NCBI GenBank assembly: GCA_021827145.1
Contig: JAKAXK010000001.1
Span: 9,006 to 73,005, forward strand
Source of the DNA: Pseudomonadota bacterium
Lineage (GTDB): Bacteria > Pseudomonadota > Gammaproteobacteria > Acidiferrobacterales > Acidiferrobacteraceae
Direction: 5' to 3'
DNA length: 64,000 nt
In this document: positions 48,697-58,035 of the stretch, in pieces
Layout: every line of letters starts with the position of its first letter
Position numbering within the stretch: the stretch's first letter is position 1
The notes under the pieces: generated by a model
Seen by the model: only the letters and a program-made list of their open reading frames with translations
Databases searched by the model: none
What the model was told of the DNA's origin: nothing
Program-made: the position numbers and the translations under genes

Positions 48697-49521
48697 ATGA
48701 GCGATCCTGTCCCCGATCTGCCGCAGCATGCCCGCGAGCGCCTGGAGGGCCTGCGCGACACGAGCCGCCGGGGCGGCATCTTCACCTCGGATTTTTCCGT
48801 CAACGAGTTCCTGATGGTGGGCGAGGCCGGCTTCGAGCCGTTGGGCCTGGTCGTCGGCTCCTGTATCTACCATACCGGCATCCAATACGCCGGCTGGGGC
48901 AAGAACCAGGAAATGGCGGTCTTGTCGCAGGCCATGTACGAGGCCCGCGAGCTGGCAATGACGCGCATGGAGCAGGAGGCGCAGTCCTTGTCAGCGGACG
49001 GCGTGGTCGGTGTGCGTCTCGAGGTCAAGCGCATGGACTGGGACAAGGATATCCTCGAGTTTCTGGCCATTGGCACCGCCATCGCCCACAGTAAGGGCCA
49101 TCCCGGCTTCAAGGGCCCCGCCGGCAAGCCCTTCACGTCCGACCTCTCCGGCCAGGACCTCTGGATGCTGCTGCAGTCCGGCTACCGACCACTCGCACTC
49201 GTCATGGGCTCCTGCGTGTACCACGTGGCCCATCAGGGCATGCTGCAGTCGCTCGGCAACGTGGGGCGCAACGTCGAGATGCCGCTCTTCACGCAGGCAA
49301 TGTACGACGCCCGTGAGCTCGCGATGGAACGCATGCAGCAGGAGGCCAAGGAGGCCGGCGCCGAGGGCGTGGTCGCAGTCCAGCTGCACGAGGGATCACA
49401 CAACTGGCAGCCGCACGTCATCGAGTTCTTCGCCATCGGCACGGCGGTGAAGCCCATAGAAGACGCGGCCGTGATCCCCGAACGATTGATTCCCCAAATT
49501 GTCATCCCGGTAAACGACTAG
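48697..49521 (+). CDS. tandem YbjQ/UPF0145 domain protein (paralog of the preceding gene)
   Basis: 'ADGVVGVRLEV...LEFLAIGTA' and 'AEGVVAVQLH...IEFFAIGTAV' are present. The gene starts 3 nt after the previous stop. Confidence 0.65.
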   Translation: MSDPVPDLPQHARERLEGLRDTSRRGGIFTSDFSVNEFLMVGEAGFEPLGLVVGSCIYHTGIQYAGWGKNQEMAVLSQAMYEARELAMTRMEQEAQSLSADGVVGVRLEVKRMDWDKDILEFLAIGTAIAHSKGHPGFKGPAGKPFTSDLSGQDLWMLLQSGYRPLALVMGSCVYHVAHQGMLQSLGNVGRNVEMPLFTQAMYDARELAMERMQQEAKEAGAEGVVAVQLHEGSHNWQPHVIEFFAIGTAVKPIEDAAVIPERLIPQIVIPVND

Positions 49522-49531
49522 GGAGATTGCT

Positions 49532-50227
49532 ATGAGCCTTTTCAAGCGTGCGGCCGACGTCATCGAGGCCAAATTCAACAAACTCATCAACGCCGCGGAG
49601 GATCCGAACGAGCAACTGGACCTCTCTTATGAAAAGATGCTGGCGGGCCTCCAGGAGACCCGCCGCCATCTCGCCGATGTCGTGACCGAGCAGAAAGTCC
49701 TCGAGCAACAAATGAGTACCGCGCAGGCCGATATCACGCGTCACGAGGCCGACGCCCGATTGGCCTTGCAATCGAACCGCGAAGACCTGGCGCGCAGTGC
49801 GCTCACCCAAAAGCAGGCCGCGACGGTCAAGCTCGCATCGCTCAGCGAGGCCCGCGACAACATCGCCGCACAGGTCCAGAAACTTATCGAGTACGAGCAT
49901 AAGTTCCAGGACCGCATCGACGCCTTCCGCACCCAGAAAGAGGTCCTGAAGAGCCAATACGGCAGTGCGGAGGCCCAGGTCAAGGTCAACGAGTCGATGT
50001 CCGGACTGAGCGAGAAGTTGGGCGGCGTAGGCGAAAGCGTGCGTCGCGCCAAGGACAAGACCGAGCAGATGCAGGCGCGCGCCCAGGCCATGGACACGCT
50101 CGCCGACAGCGGGGTGCTGGACGACGGCGATGACCAGTCACCCGCCGAGCGTGAACTCGCGAAACTGCGCTCTGGGGACTCCGTGGAAGCCGAACTCGCG
50201 CGGCTAAAGGGCGAGACCAAGAAATAG
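49532..50227 (+). CDS. PspA/IM30 family protein
   Basis: The N-terminus 'MSLFKR....I.AKFN.L...AEDP...L' and the long coiled-coil composition are typical of PspA/IM30. Confidence 0.85.
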   Translation: MSLFKRAADVIEAKFNKLINAAEDPNEQLDLSYEKMLAGLQETRRHLADVVTEQKVLEQQMSTAQADITRHEADARLALQSNREDLARSALTQKQAATVKLASLSEARDNIAAQVQKLIEYEHKFQDRIDAFRTQKEVLKSQYGSAEAQVKVNESMSGLSEKLGGVGESVRRAKDKTEQMQARAQAMDTLADSGVLDDGDDQSPAERELAKLRSGDSVEAELARLKGETKK

Positions 50228-50357
50228 CGTGGGCCTGGCGCTCCGATCGAGGTACGAGGACACCCTTGGGACGTGGCTTCAATGGTTCGCGACGGCGATA
50301 GATTGGCGCAAAAACCCTGAGGCGCTCGGCCCCGCCGTCCCAGCCGGGGCCTAGCCC

Positions 50358-50505
50358 CTACTCCACCGTCACCGACTTGGCAAGGTTGCGAAGCTGGTCG
50401 ATGTCCGCACCCTTGGAGACCGCGACATGGTAGGCGAGCAGCTGCGGAAGCGCCGCGTACGAGATCGAGGCCAGCAAGTCGTCGGTGGGCAGCATGGCGA
50501 ACGTG
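50358..50505 (-). pseudogene. relic copy of the glmS 3' end
   Basis: The translation '...[41 protein letters not shown]' parallels the C-terminus of the intact glmS (56180-). The DNA is about 85-87% identical over ~100 nt by eye. Confidence 0.8.
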
Positions 50506-50745
50506 GTCCCGATCACCTTGGTGAATGCCGTTTTGGGCGGCGGCGCACCTGAATCACCCATAACTTGCCGTCGGGCGCCCCGCCTCCCGGAGATTCGATT
50601 GCGACCTCTTCTGGGGATCATTGTTCGCGGCTGTGGTCCGCTACGGATGGCGCTCGAACACCCGCTAAAACGAGGCCTGTCCTTTTTCAAGGAATCGGGT
50701 AAGCTCCGGCCCAAAAGTGCCTGCTAGGCGGCGGACAAGGGGGTC

Positions 50746-51702
50746 GTGGCTGTGTACATGGGGCTACCGCGTATACAACCTGTCACGGAACCGGTGGACA
50801 TCGCCCTTTGGCGCCCCGACGAAGAGTTCCCGATCTACCCAGAGGGCGCCCGTGACAAGAAGCTCCTTAGGGCGGGCGCAAGATTTCCTGGTCGCAAATC
50901 ACCGCTACTTATTCAAGAAGCCGCCCGGGCGCTATCCCGATCAATTTTGGGCCGAGGTCGTCGCCTATCGAGTGGGCTACTCCCTGGGGGTGGTTGTGCC
51001 TCCCGCTTTCGTCGCGTGGGATAGTCGGAATCAAGAGTGTGGCGCGCTTATAGAGTGGTTTCTGGATTACCCGGAGCGCCGGAGCGAGCGCTACGTTCCC
51101 GGCGGGGATATCTTGATCAGCATGGACCCGACATACGACAGAATAAAAGGCAGGACGCACAACTTTACCGCCATAAGGCATTATTTGGCCGCTCTCCAGA
51201 AGAACGGTAGTATGGGCAGTGAGTGGCCCGCATGGTGGTGTGACACGCTCATCTTCGATGCGCTTATCGGCAACACAGACAGGCATCAGGATAACTGGGG
51301 ACTGCTCTGGTTGGCGGACGGGGCGTTCGGATGGCGCCAGCGTTCGATAACGGCACGAGCCTGGGCCACGAGATTGCACCCGCCGACCTGGCGAAGTTCT
51401 TGGATGCAGAGCGGCTAGACCGCTACATCCGGCGCGGAGCCCACCACCTACGCTGGAACGTGGGTGACAAGAAACGGATATCGCATCTAGGCTTCCTGAA
51501 ACAACTTTTCGATTACTGGCCCGACCTGAAAACGCGCGCGTGCGAGCGGCTTGCCAGTTTCGACATGGGGGTAGTGAAGGGCCGTATCATGGAGATGACA
51601 CGCTTCAGCGTACCGGCACCCCTTCCCGAACCACGGGCGGCATTCTTCTGTCGCCTTACCGAAGCGCGCTATAGTGCCCTTATGAAAAGCCTGGATAGGT
51701 GA
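50746..51702 (+). pseudogene. HipA-like Ser/Thr kinase gene disrupted by two frameshifts
   Basis: The coding signal moves from frame 1 (50746-) to frame 2 (contains 'LIGNTDRHQDNWGLL') and back to frame 1 (51331-, 'APAFDNGTSLG'). Confidence 0.65.
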
Positions 51703-51704
51703 TT

Positions 51705-52456
51705 ATGCGGTTCATCGAACATACTTTTCCCCGGCCCACCTGCTGCTCGCATGGCAGGCCCCGGAGGAGTGTGGCGACCGTACACAGTTCGTGGTCGGCG
51801 AGGTGCGGCTCGCGGACGGAGCGGTATCGTTCCGCTATCTCACGGACACCGAGGATTTTCGTAGGGCGAGGGATCTCGGCTTCGTCTCTTATCCGGCCTT
51901 CCGAAAGCTCGACCGCGAATACACGGAAGGCGTCATGGCGGCGTTTCAACGTCGAGTGCCGCCACGCTCGCGCGGGGATTTCTCGCAATACCTCGAGTTG
52001 CTGCGCCTTCGCGCGAGCGTGAACTTGTCCGAGCTCGGGTTGCTCGCCTACTCCGCGGCGAGGTTACCAACTGACGGCTTCTCGCTGGTATGGCCACTCA
52101 CGGAAGTGAGCGCGCCCGGGGAGGTCTTGCTTGAAGTCGCGGGATTTCGTTAGCAGGACATCGCCGCCGAAGAATTGGTGGTTGGAGATCCGGTGACATT
52201 TCAGTTGGAACCAGAGAACCCGAGGGACCCGCGAGCACTGCGCATGGAAGTCGGCGGTAGGCGGATTGGGTATGTTAAGCGCCTACAGAGGGACGCTGTG
52301 CTCGGGTGGCTGGATCGCTATGACATAGACGCCAGCATCGAAAGGAAAAACGGGACGCGAGAACGCCCCCTGATTTTTGTCTTTTGCGCACTCTCAAAAA
52401 AGGCGGCTATTCGGCACGAGGTATTGGTAGCCGAAACGGCTGACCCAGGTTGTTAG
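51705..52456 (+). pseudogene. HIRAN-domain protein gene with a frameshift and an in-frame TAG
   Basis: The N-terminal 'LLAWQAPE...FVVGEVR' is in a different frame from ATG 51705. An in-frame TAG at 52151-52153 separates it from the HIRAN core 'GDPVTFQLEPENPRDPRALRM...GYV'. Confidence 0.6.
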
Positions 52457-52529
52457 GGCGGGCTCCTTCCCCCCTTGGCGCGGCGCTTGACCTTGGCGCG
52501 CCCTTGTAACGAACACGGCAGGTAAACGA

Positions 52530-52554
52530 CTAGTATCGTGACACGTAAATAACG
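52530..52554. repeat. IS630 left terminal inverted repeat
   Basis: ctagtatcgtgacacgtaaataacg matches the reverse complement of 53699-53723 at 22 of 25 positions. Confidence 0.75.
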
Positions 52555-52599
52555 AAACGTTATACTTTTGCATGTCCAATCCACTGGGAGGCAACGGGC

Positions 52600-53703
52600 A
52601 TGCGACAGACAGCGCTGAGGCTGAATAAGCAGGAGCGTCGGATCGTGGATGAGTTTCGGTCCAAAGGCCTGCACCGGGCCCGGGAATTCAATCGGGCGCA
52701 TATCCTGGCGGCGCTCGATCGTAACGTCCCCGAACAGCAGATCATGGAGGTGCTCAAGGTGGGGCGCACGGCCCTCTGGCGCACTCGCGCGGCCTATTTG
52801 AAGGGTGGGGTTGAATACGCCCTCCACGACGAGGCGCGCCCCGGTAAGCCCAAACAGTATGCGGCCGAGGCGGAAGCCCAGCTGACCGCGCTCGCCTGCT
52901 CGGCGCCGCCGTCAGGCGCGAGCCGCTGGACGGTGGCGCTGCTTACCGAAGCGGCAAGGCGCTATCCCGGGATGAAGGCGATTAGCCGGGAGACGATCCG
53001 GCGGATTCTAAAAAAAACCTTCTCAAACCCTGGCGCAAGCTGATGTGGTGCATCGGCGAGATCGTAGCCTTGTATCGCGCTCGTATGTATAAGCTATTGG
53101 CGCTCTACGCTCGCCCTTACGACCCGCGCGAGCCCGTCATTTGTTTGGACGAGAAAAGCAAACAGCTGTTGCGGAAGACGCGCGCATTGCTGCCTGCGAA
53201 GCCGGCCACGCCGGTGAGGGAAGATTATGAATACGAACGCAGTGGTACCTGTAATATCTTTGTGGCCGTCGAGCCTCTTGGCGGAAAGCGGCTGGCGCAA
53301 GTCACCGAACGGCGCACAAAAGCCGATTTTGTCGGTTTCGTCCTGCGGTTGCTCGACAGTGGCTACAGTAAGGCGCGCAAGGTCCATCTGGTTCCAGACC
53401 GCCTCAACACCCACTTCCGCGAGAGCTTCGAGGAGGTACTCGGGGTGGCCGCCGCCAAACGTCTACTGTCTCGCGTTGAGTTCCACATTACTCCGAAGCA
53501 TGCAAGCTGGTTCAATATGAGCCGAGATCGAAATCGGTATTCTCTCGCACCAGTGTCTAGCCCGCCGTGGCGTTGAGAAGGCGGCCCTTGCCACCGAGGT
53601 GGCGGCTTGGCAGAAACGGCGCAACGCCGCCCGCTGTGGCATCGAGTGGACATATACCCGCCGGGACGCCGATCGTAAGATGAAGTGCCACTATGTTCCG
53701 TAA
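52600..53703 (+). pseudogene. IS630 transposase (HTH + DDE) needing a -1 shift at an A8 run and carrying a further frameshift near 53520
   Basis: orfA ends '...RRILKK' at the A-run and orfB continues 'MWCI..'. The DDE region includes 'VICLDEKS' and 'HLVPDRLNTH'. The C-terminal tail '...AAWQKRRNAA...' is in a third frame. Confidence 0.75.
53010..53017 (+). promoter_or_regulatory. A8 slippery run, putative -1 frameshift site of the IS630 transposase
   Basis: The homopolymer lies exactly where the coding frame changes from frame 1 to frame 0. It could equally be a mutation. Confidence 0.45.
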
Positions 53704-53723
53704 TTCACGTGTCGCGATACTAG
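53699..53723. repeat. IS630 right terminal inverted repeat
   Basis: cgtaattcacgtgtcgcgatactag is the reverse complement partner of 52530-52554. Confidence 0.75.
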
Positions 53724-53733
53724 GACGATTGTC

Positions 53734-53810
53734 ATGAGCCTTTTCAAGCCCGCGACCGGAGTCGTCGAGACCAAACTCAACGCGCTCGTCAACGCCAGTC
53801 CGCGCCCCAC
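53734..53810 (+). pseudogene. relic 5' fragment of a pspA-like gene
   Basis: 'atgagccttttcaag...' encodes MSLFKPATGVVETKLNALVNA, parallel to the pspA start at 49532. Upstream 'gtaaacgacTA|TAggacgattgtc' mirrors 49508-49531 once the IS630 is removed. Confidence 0.55.
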
Positions 53811-53948
53811 CGATCCGGTTTACCCGCTTTAGCGGGTTGAGAGCGTCACGGTTTGCTATGATGGCGCGACAGGATATGGCGGCAGCTTATGCCCCGGGGT
53901 GGAATGAACGTAAGCGTCTAGCCAACCCACCTATCTCCCCGTAGCCGA

Positions 53949-55538
53949 CTACGACAGACTGGGTTTCCAGTTGAAGGGCAGGAGCTCGGAGAGGCGCTTA
54001 TGGGGCCAGGTGGGGAGTTTGTCGAGAACATCGCAGAGATACGCGAAGGGCTCGACATGATTGAGTTTGCAGGTCTCGATCACGGTATAAATGGCCGCCG
54101 CCCGTTTGCCGCCCTCATCGTTGCCTACGAAGAGAAAATTCTTTCGACTGATGGCCACCCCCCGAAGGGCCCGTTCGACCGGGTTATTATCGATCGCCAG
54201 CGCCCCTTCGTCACAATAGCGGTGCAAGGCCTCCCAGCGCTTCAAGGCATACCGTATGGCTTTGGCAACGGCGCTTTTGGCGGCCACCTGCGGCAACACG
54301 GTCTCAAGCCAGGTATGGAAGGCCGCCAGCAAGGGCTTGCTCTGCTCCGTGCGGATGCGCGTCCTGCGCTCCGGGGGATCGTCTTTGATCGCAGCCTCGA
54401 TCGCATAGAGTTGCGCGATCCACAGCAAGGCCTCTTGGGCCACGGGGCTCGGTGCGGCTTCATTCACGTCGTAGAAATGGCGTCGCACGTGCGCCCAGGA
54501 GGCCGCTTCGATCACGTGACCCGGGCGGTACATGGCGTCGTACCCTCCATAATCGTCGGTCTGCAGGATGCCGCGCCAGTCTCCCAAGAACCGCCGGGGG
54601 TGTTCCCCTTTGCGGTTACGGGCATAGTCGAACACCACCACCGGGTGCGCGACATCGGCTTGACTGCGATAGACCCAGAGAGTGGCCCGGTCGGTCTTGC
54701 CGCTCCCGGGATTCAAGACCGGCAGTGGGGTCTCATCGGCATGGAGGATACCCCCTTGAAGCAAGGTCTCCTTGCAAGCCCCTGCCAGCACCGACAGCGA
54801 GTATTCGGCCTGTCCGAGCCAGCTTGCCAGCGTCGCCCGCGAGAGCGCCACCCCGGCCCGGAGATACTGCTGCTCCTGGCGGTAGAGAGGCAGGTGATCG
54901 CAGTGCTTGGCGGTCACGACATGCGCCGCAAGACGAGCCGTGGGGCGGCCCTTGTCGATCACAGACGCTGGCAAAGCGGGGCTCTCAGCGATCCCACAGG
55001 GACGGCAGGCAAGCTTGGGGCGGATCTGGCGTATGACCTGGAAGCGGCCGGGGATGTAATCGAGCTTTTCTGTGATCTCCTCACCGATCGGTGTCAGGGA
55101 TTCGCCGCACTGCGCGCAGGTATAGCGCGCAGGCGCGATCCGCACATCGAGGCGCGGGAGAGTCTCCGGCAAGGGCGTGCGCCCGGGATGGCGACGACGG
55201 GGCTTTACGGCGGCCGCCGACTCCGGGGCCCCCGATTCGGCCGCGGGGGTCATCGCATCTAAAGTGCTCTCGACCACCGCGATCTCGGTGTCCAGGGTCT
55301 CTTCCCAGAGCGTCCGCTCAGGGCCTGCGAGCTTTTCCGAGCGTTGACCAAAGCGCCAGCGTTGGAGCTTCGCTAAGGTCATCTCCAGGCGCGCGATGGT
55401 CTCATCGCGCAGACGCAGCGCCTGCTCGTGTTCGGCGATCTGCGCGGCCTGAGTGGCCTGAGTGGCCAATTGGGACTCGTGCGTCGCGCGCTCCGCCATA
55501 AGCGTCCGCACCAGAGCGACGCAGGGCGTCGGGATCAT
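53949..55538 (-). CDS. IS66-family transposase (single-ORF type; element ends not identified)
   Basis: It has an N-terminal coiled coil, 'RWRFGQRSEKL', the zinc-finger 'CAQCG', and the 'HLPLYRQ...' and DDE regions typical of IS66 TnpC. No tnpA or tnpB was seen upstream. Confidence 0.85.
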   Translation of the reverse strand: MIPTPCVALVRTLMAERATHESQLATQATQAAQIAEHEQALRLRDETIARLEMTLAKLQRWRFGQRSEKLAGPERTLWEETLDTEIAVVESTLDAMTPAAESGAPESAAAVKPRRRHPGRTPLPETLPRLDVRIAPARYTCAQCGESLTPIGEEITEKLDYIPGRFQVIRQIRPKLACRPCGIAESPALPASVIDKGRPTARLAAHVVTAKHCDHLPLYRQEQQYLRAGVALSRATLASWLGQAEYSLSVLAGACKETLLQGGILHADETPLPVLNPGSGKTDRATLWVYRSQADVAHPVVVFDYARNRKGEHPRRFLGDWRGILQTDDYGGYDAMYRPGHVIEAASWAHVRRHFYDVNEAAPSPVAQEALLWIAQLYAIEAAIKDDPPERRTRIRTEQSKPLLAAFHTWLETVLPQVAAKSAVAKAIRYALKRWEALHRYCDEGALAIDNNPVERALRGVAISRKNFLFVGNDEGGKRAAAIYTVIETCKLNHVEPFAYLCDVLDKLPTWPHKRLSELLPFNWKPSLS

Positions 55539-56179
55539 CTGGAAGCTCTGGTAGGTCCTTGTCTTTCATGGGCCCATGATACCAGAAACATCATCACAAT
55601 ACCAGGAACATAGAAATAATAATGAGGTTTTAGAGCCGCGTCGGCGTGACCTTTTTCAAAAGCGGCAACGCACTCCAGGGGCGTCCCTCCACCAAGAGCG
55701 CCCACTGCGCCAAGACGGCAAGCGTGCTTGGCGCAATACGGGTCAGGAGGCGCTGGTATTTCTGGTGATTCAAGCACGCGCTGGCTCGCTCGCACAAAGC
55801 GACATTAGTGACGGCGAGATCATGCCGGGCGAGGTTGTCTGGAGCTAGACGGCGACGCTCTCAACACAACGCATGACACACCATGCGCGCTTGTGGCGCG
55901 ATGAAGACTCCGTCATTCTGGCGCGCGATATCGGATTGCAGGGTATGCGCCGGGCGGTGGCGTACTTGGGAAACAGTCCAGCGCGCCAGTGCCAATGTTG
56001 AAGGTCGGGGTGCGTGTTCATTGCGAGAGAGCCCACGAGTCGGCAGGCAGCCCTGCCCCACGGCGGCTCACGAACGCGGAGCGAATCCGGCAGGCCGAAG
56101 ATGGATGAGCCAGATTCCGTCTTCGGTGGGTCGGAACGGGCTTGGTGTCCCCGGAGGCCACCCACCCTTCACGATTGCG

Positions 56180-58009
56180 CTATTCGACGGTCACCGACTT
56201 GGCGAGGTTGCGGGGCTGGTCGATGTCAGCGCCCTTGGAGACCGCCACATGGTAGGCGAGCAGCTGCAGGAGCACCGTGTACACGATCGGAGCCAACAGG
56301 TCGTCGGTGGGCGGCACGGGGATGACGTGGGTCTGGGCATCTTCGCGGATACCATTTTGGGCATCGGCGAACACAAATAACTCACCGCCGCGCGCGCGCA
56401 CCTCCTGAAGATTCGATTGCAGTTTCTCCAGGAGCTCGTTGTTCGGGGCCACCGCCACCACCGGCATGGCCGAGTCGACGAGCGCGAGCGGCCCGTGCTT
56501 CAGTTCACCGGCCGGGTAGGCCTCGGCATGAATGTAGGAGATCTCCTTCAGCTTCAAGGCCCCCTCCATGGCCACCGGGTACTGCGTACCGCGGCCCAGA
56601 AAGAGCGCATGTTGCTTGTTCGCAAAAAACGGGACCCAGGCCTGCACGGCGGCATCCAGAGCCAGGACCTGCTCGATCTGCCCAGGCAGACTGCGCAAGA
56701 GGCCGACGAGGCGCGCCTCGCCCTCGGCGCCGAGACCTCGGTCGCGGCCCAGGACCGCGACCAACAGGAGCAGGGCGACCAACTGAGTAGTGAAGGCCTT
56801 GGTCGAGGCGACTCCGATCTCGGGGCCCGCCTGGGTCATGAGCACGAGCTCCGATTCGCGCACCAGCGAACTTTCCGGGGCATTGCAGATAGCGAGGGTG
56901 TGGGCGAAGCCTAAGTCGCGCGCATAGGCAAGCGCGGCCAGGGTGTCGGCGGTCTCGCCGGATTGCGAGAGCGTCACGAAGAGCGTCTTGGGCACCACGC
57001 GCGGCTTACGATAACGAAACTCGCTCGCCACCTCGACTGTGCAGGGCAGACTCGCGAGGCCCTCGAGCCAATAGCGCCCCACGAGACCTGCGTGGTAGCT
57101 CGTGCCACAGGCGACGATCTGCACGGCCTCGATATCGGCGAGAAGGCCGGCGGCCGCAGGCCCGAAGGCCTCTTCATAGACGCGTTGGACGCCTATGCGG
57201 TTCTCGAGGGTGTCGGCGATGGCGCGCGGCTGCTCGTAGATCTCCTTCAGCATATAGTGGCGATACTCGCCGCGGCTGACGGCATCGGCCGAGAGTTCGC
57301 TTTGCTTGATGGGGCGTTCGACGCGCGCGCCTTGCGCGTCATAGATGACAACGGCATCGCGCGTAATGTCCGCGATATCGCCCTCCTCGAGAAATATGAA
57401 GCGCTGGGTCACGGGCAGCAAGGCGGCGACGTCGGAGGCAATAAAGTGCTCGCCTATGCCTATACCGATCACGAGCGGGCTGCCGCGGCGCGCGGCCACC
57501 AGGCGCCCAGGCTCGCGATTGGTGATGACTCCCAAGGCATAGGCCCCGCGCAAGGAGGGAAGAGACGCCCGCACGGCCGCGAGCAAGTCTCCGGTCTCCT
57601 CGAGGCGGCGATAGATCTCGTGGACGATGACCTCGGTATCGGTCTCGGAAGTGAACTCGTAGCCGAGCTGCATCTGGGCCCGGCGCAGGCTCTCGTGATT
57701 CTCGATGATGCCATTATGGACGAGCGCCACGGTGTTACGGCAGACATGTGGATGGGCATTCTGGGTCGCGGGGCGGCCGTGCGTGGCCCAGCGTGTGTGG
57801 GCGATGCCGGTGGCGCCCTCCATCTGGGCATTGAGGCGGCCCTCCAACTCGCGGACCTTGCCCACCGAACGCGTGCGCGTCAGACACTGTTCGTGATCGA
57901 TAACGGCGACGCCCGCCGAGTCGTAACCTCGGTATTCGAGGCGCTTCAGGCCTTCTATGAGGATAGGAACGACATTCCGTTGAGCGACCGCGCCTACGAT
58001 TCCGCACAT
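56180..58009 (-). CDS. glmS: glutamine--fructose-6-phosphate aminotransferase
   Basis: It starts 'MCGIVGAV', has two SIS domains and ends in the canonical 'AKSVTVE' C-terminus. Confidence 0.95.
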   Translation of the reverse strand: MCGIVGAVAQRNVVPILIEGLKRLEYRGYDSAGVAVIDHEQCLTRTRSVGKVRELEGRLNAQMEGATGIAHTRWATHGRPATQNAHPHVCRNTVALVHNGIIENHESLRRAQMQLGYEFTSETDTEVIVHEIYRRLEETGDLLAAVRASLPSLRGAYALGVITNREPGRLVAARRGSPLVIGIGIGEHFIASDVAALLPVTQRFIFLEEGDIADITRDAVVIYDAQGARVERPIKQSELSADAVSRGEYRHYMLKEIYEQPRAIADTLENRIGVQRVYEEAFGPAAAGLLADIEAVQIVACGTSYHAGLVGRYWLEGLASLPCTVEVASEFRYRKPRVVPKTLFVTLSQSGETADTLAALAYARDLGFAHTLAICNAPESSLVRESELVLMTQAGPEIGVASTKAFTTQLVALLLLVAVLGRDRGLGAEGEARLVGLLRSLPGQIEQVLALDAAVQAWVPFFANKQHALFLGRGTQYPVAMEGALKLKEISYIHAEAYPAGELKHGPLALVDSAMPVVAVAPNNELLEKLQSNLQEVRARGGELFVFADAQNGIREDAQTHVIPVPPTDDLLAPIVYTVLLQLLAYHVAVSKGADIDQPRNLAKSVTVE

Positions 58010-58035
58010 AAATCACTCCTCGCTGGCGGGTGCGC

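Larger units (their letters stand above)
52531..53722 (+). mobile_element. IS630-family insertion sequence (~1.19 kb) flanked by TA
   Basis: It has a transposase, 25-nt imperfect terminal inverted repeats matching 22/25, and TA at both junctions (52531-52532 and 53721-53722). Confidence 0.8.

Noticed and set aside
55535-55795. An 86-aa ORF directly upstream of the IS66 transposase was considered as a possible IS66 TnpB.
   Set aside because: The sequence lacks the conserved TnpB pattern, and its composition looks non-coding. The element is more likely a single-ORF IS66-family member.
50228-56179. I considered a Tn7 or CRISPR-associated transposon inserted downstream of glmS.
   Set aside because: No TnsA/B/C/D-like, Cas or integrase ORFs are present, and I found no TGT...ACA ends or repeated TnsB-type sites next to the glmS stop. 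Only IS630 and IS66 plus decayed cargo are there.
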